A DNA stretch of 56,222 nt from Paramecium tetraurelia (taxonomy: Eukaryota), in NCBI GenBank assembly GCA_000165425.1, contig CT867991.1:248001-304222 (forward strand), written 5' to 3'. The notes under the pieces are model-generated. The model was given only the letters and a program-made list of their open reading frames with translations, searched no databases and was not told the origin of the DNA. This document shows positions 53,500 through 56,222 of this stretch, piece by piece (position 1 is the first letter of the stretch; each line of letters opens with the position of its first letter). The translations under genes and the position numbers were made by a program.

Positions 53500-55200
53500 T
53501 TTAGAATTTTGGGAATATGGTTTTAGAGACATAGTTTTTTATTTAGAAAAGCGTTCTAAATGTTCTCAGTTTTAATATTGATTAATTTAAAACTAAGACT
53601 TCATTTATATTTTAATATTAAATTACTTCCACTGTTGTAAGCGTATAAGAGTCGAGGATCTATTTATAAAGAATTTTCAAGGAACTCCAAAGATTTTTTC
53701 AAAAAAATCTAATTGCGCTTTAAAACAGTTTATTGAGCCTATGATCAGCTATTGTATTTGTGAGTAATAATGATTTTCTTAAAATTTCAACATTGTAGAA
53801 AGCTTTATTTAAGAGTGATAGTTCTTCAGCTTTGCTATCTCGATCAAGATTAAAGAAATAATCATTACAAAGAATAGGCTTTCTCATATTAATTAATTAA
53901 CTGTCTTATATCAATTATTAATCGTGTATAAAATTTTTAAGCTTAAACCTATCCTACTATAAATTAATCAATCCTTTTTTATATAAATAATATTTCCTCT
54001 CAATGGATAGAGCTGATAGATCTTTCATAATTGGAATTGATTAATATTTTGTTGCTTTCTAAAATTGAAATTAATATGAATTCAATATTTAAGGAATTAG
54101 CTTTTGTTAATTTTTTAAACCTCCGTTAAAATAAACAAATTCATCATTTTGATTTAGATTTAAAGACTATTAAAGCGAATCTTAAGCCAGCCTTGTTAGT
54201 CCTAATTTCTTTATATCAGATGATGAATAAGACCTGTAATTTAGTTCAAATCCAAAAATTTAAAACTATCAATACCTCTTAATTTGTTGAATTTACTATA
54301 ATTTGGGCCTTATATGCTAATTTGATGTACTTTTTGTATTCTTTTAACTTATATAAAATATAATTAAACAAAAATTTATATTTATTTCATTAACTTATTT
54401 ATTTTAATAACTATATTTCCATTATCTTCTTCATTTCTCTGATATAATTTATTCGCCTAATTAAAAACAAAATCTATTCTTTTGGATGGCCATCATCCAA
54501 TATAAATCAATTTCATATATCACAATATTAATGCAATTCCTCTTTTCAAATTTTCTATTTATCTTTATTTTTTTTTCTTACATTTTTATTTATTTTCCTT
54601 AACTATTCAATTTCTGTATTATATTATAAATTAAAGGCTCTTTTATTATTTACCTAGCAACTTATGATTGAAAATATTTTGTATCCCTAAAGATTATATG
54701 TTTAAAGGTTCAATTTTCTTATATATTTTAACGCCTTGCCTAACAGATTTAATTTGGATATGAAACCACCTAATTTTAGATTATGTAAATCACTTTTCAG
54801 ATAATATACTTAATCTTGTCTGGAACTAATTCTATTCCTTTGTTGAAATATAACATGGCCCCTTTGCAATCATCATACTCTCATAGTAATATTCTTCTAA
54901 CAAAACTAGCTACTTCCGCATTTTAATTATTAATTTTATCACATATACTATAGTCGTTATTCAAACTCTAGTCTCCTAAATCTTTAAGTCCTACTGATAA
55001 AGAGCCATTGTCAAATACGCTTATTTCAATAGCATCATCATTGTTCTGCTTAGATAAAACTCTATATTTTTTTCCAATTGATGTAATGATTTTATTATTG
55101 CTTTTTTATTTATCTATCATTTTGACTTTCGTTGAATTTTTCTAAATTTTACCCTTAATAATTATAGCTTATTTAATTTTAATGATTTTTGTAATGCCTA
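53500..55200 (-). pseudogene. Decayed TPR-repeat gene
   Basis: TPR-like GAMLYFNKGIELVPDKIKYYLK followed by a 24 nt intron-like gtgatttacataatctaaaattag, but with in-frame TGAs (RRILL*EYDD) and frameshifts throughout. Boundaries approximate. Confidence 0.55.
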
Positions 55201-56071
55201 TTTTTTAATAATTTATTTTGTGAAAATTCTGATAATAATAAAATAGATTATATATGAACCCTTCAATAATGGGAATAAAATTGTAATATCATTATATATA
55301 TTATTTTCTCGGTAATTGAAATTTAAAAGAGAATTTAAAGCATGAACTAAAATTTAGCTAAAATGAATTTAGAATGATTTTTCCTTCAATATTTGGAAAT
55401 TTGAATTCAATGTAAAATAATTTGATTGGTAAAGGTTATCATTTTGGAAGATGAATCATTATTAAAATTGTTATTTTCTCACAAGCAAATCACTGTTTCA
55501 TTTTTTAATTAATATGTATTAGTACTTTATATAATAATTGCTCCTATTCTCTGTGTTTTCGACTTAAATTAAAATTCTCAGAAATTAGAGTTTTAAATTA
55601 AAACAATTTTGTTTCAAATATATGGTTCCTATTTAATTTTGGGTGATAAAGAAGATAAAATTTTTCAGGAGGCTGTTATTGTTAAATTTATAAAATTTAC
55701 TAATTTTTTCAGAATCATATAATTATGAAATTTTCGATCAAACTATTCTTTATTAATTATAGGAATCAATCAAAAGATAATTAATCTCATTCATTTCTTA
55801 ATCCAGATAATTATTTAAAGTAATCCAAAAGATAAACGAAACTCAAGAAAATATCTAAAGTAATGGATTTCACAATTTATTTTGATCCCATTCTCAAGAG
55901 TGGAGGAGAAAAAGAAAATAATATTAAAGAATGTTTTTTTTATTTTCAAATGAATAAATTGAATTAGCAAATAAATTATATATTTTTTAAGATTATTTAC
56001 AAATATCTTTTTTTTTTTCATTATTATTATTATGTATTAAAATCATTAATTTTTTTATGTTTTTCCTTATT

Positions 56072-56222
56072 TCATAGTGTGTCCTATTTCCTTGTCTGTT
56101 CTACTTCTGAAATTTAATATCCAATTAATTGTGGTCCAAATAAGTCTCTCATTGCATTAGATTTGATCGAACAATCATGACCCATGAAGCCATCCCACTA
56201 TCCCAAAATTATTATTTTATTA
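56072..56222 (-). CDS. 3' end of a gene of unknown function entering from beyond the window
   Basis: Open frame IILGQWDGFMGHDCSIKSNAMRDLFGPQLIGYQISEVEQTRKQDTL*. Confidence 0.55.

Noticed and set aside
39500..55200. In-frame TGA codons as possible selenocysteine or readthrough
   Set aside because: They co-occur with frameshifts in non-redox coiled-coil/TPR remnants and no SECIS was recognised; pseudogenisation is simpler.
55200..56070. Track ORF 55815-56021 and surrounding AT-rich sequence
   Set aside because: Low-complexity F/I/K composition, no motif and no coherent code-6 gene model.
1..56222. CRISPR arrays, transposases, telomeric C4A2/C3A3 tracts, tRNAs, retained IESs
   Set aside because: None recognisable by eye. 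Intact genes read through with only tiny introns, consistent with macronuclear DNA; IESs in non-coding gaps cannot be excluded without a MIC/MAC comparison.

Overview
This is eukaryotic, very AT-rich, gene-dense DNA from a ciliate macronuclear chromosome, almost certainly Paramecium. Genes read through TAA/TAG as Gln (translation table 6, TGA the only stop) and carry 20-30 nt GT..AG introns, so the supplied standard-code ORF track only shows fragments. Hand translation gives about 22 protein genes: a partial cyclic-nucleotide phosphodiesterase, HSF, an AGC kinase, TMEM135-like, FAM192A-like, Sec14/CRAL-TRIO with a CaaX tail, a GRAM-VASt sterol transfer protein, an ABHD17-like hydrolase, an IQCE-like coiled coil, short RIB43A, a PB1-ZZ p62/NBR1-like protein, DIS3L2, a TRANK1-like UvrD helicase, a ~1,900 aa secreted beta-sandwich repeat protein, Rab6, a Cys-rich DUF4215 membrane protein, two WD40 proteins, a Ufd2-like U-box ligase and several unknowns. 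There is also one dispersed 5S rRNA gene. The first ~39 kb is extremely compact; the last ~17 kb has long AT-rich gaps and decayed genes. The best leads are the giant repeat protein with an ABCD-ABCD-AB-ABCD higher-order domain order, the p62-like protein, the head-to-head DIS3L2/TRANK1-like pair, the F-BAR-like GRAM/VASt protein, and lipidation motifs on the Sec14 and Ufd2 homologues. No CRISPR, transposon or telomeric repeat was seen. All family calls are motif recognition by eye, not database searches.
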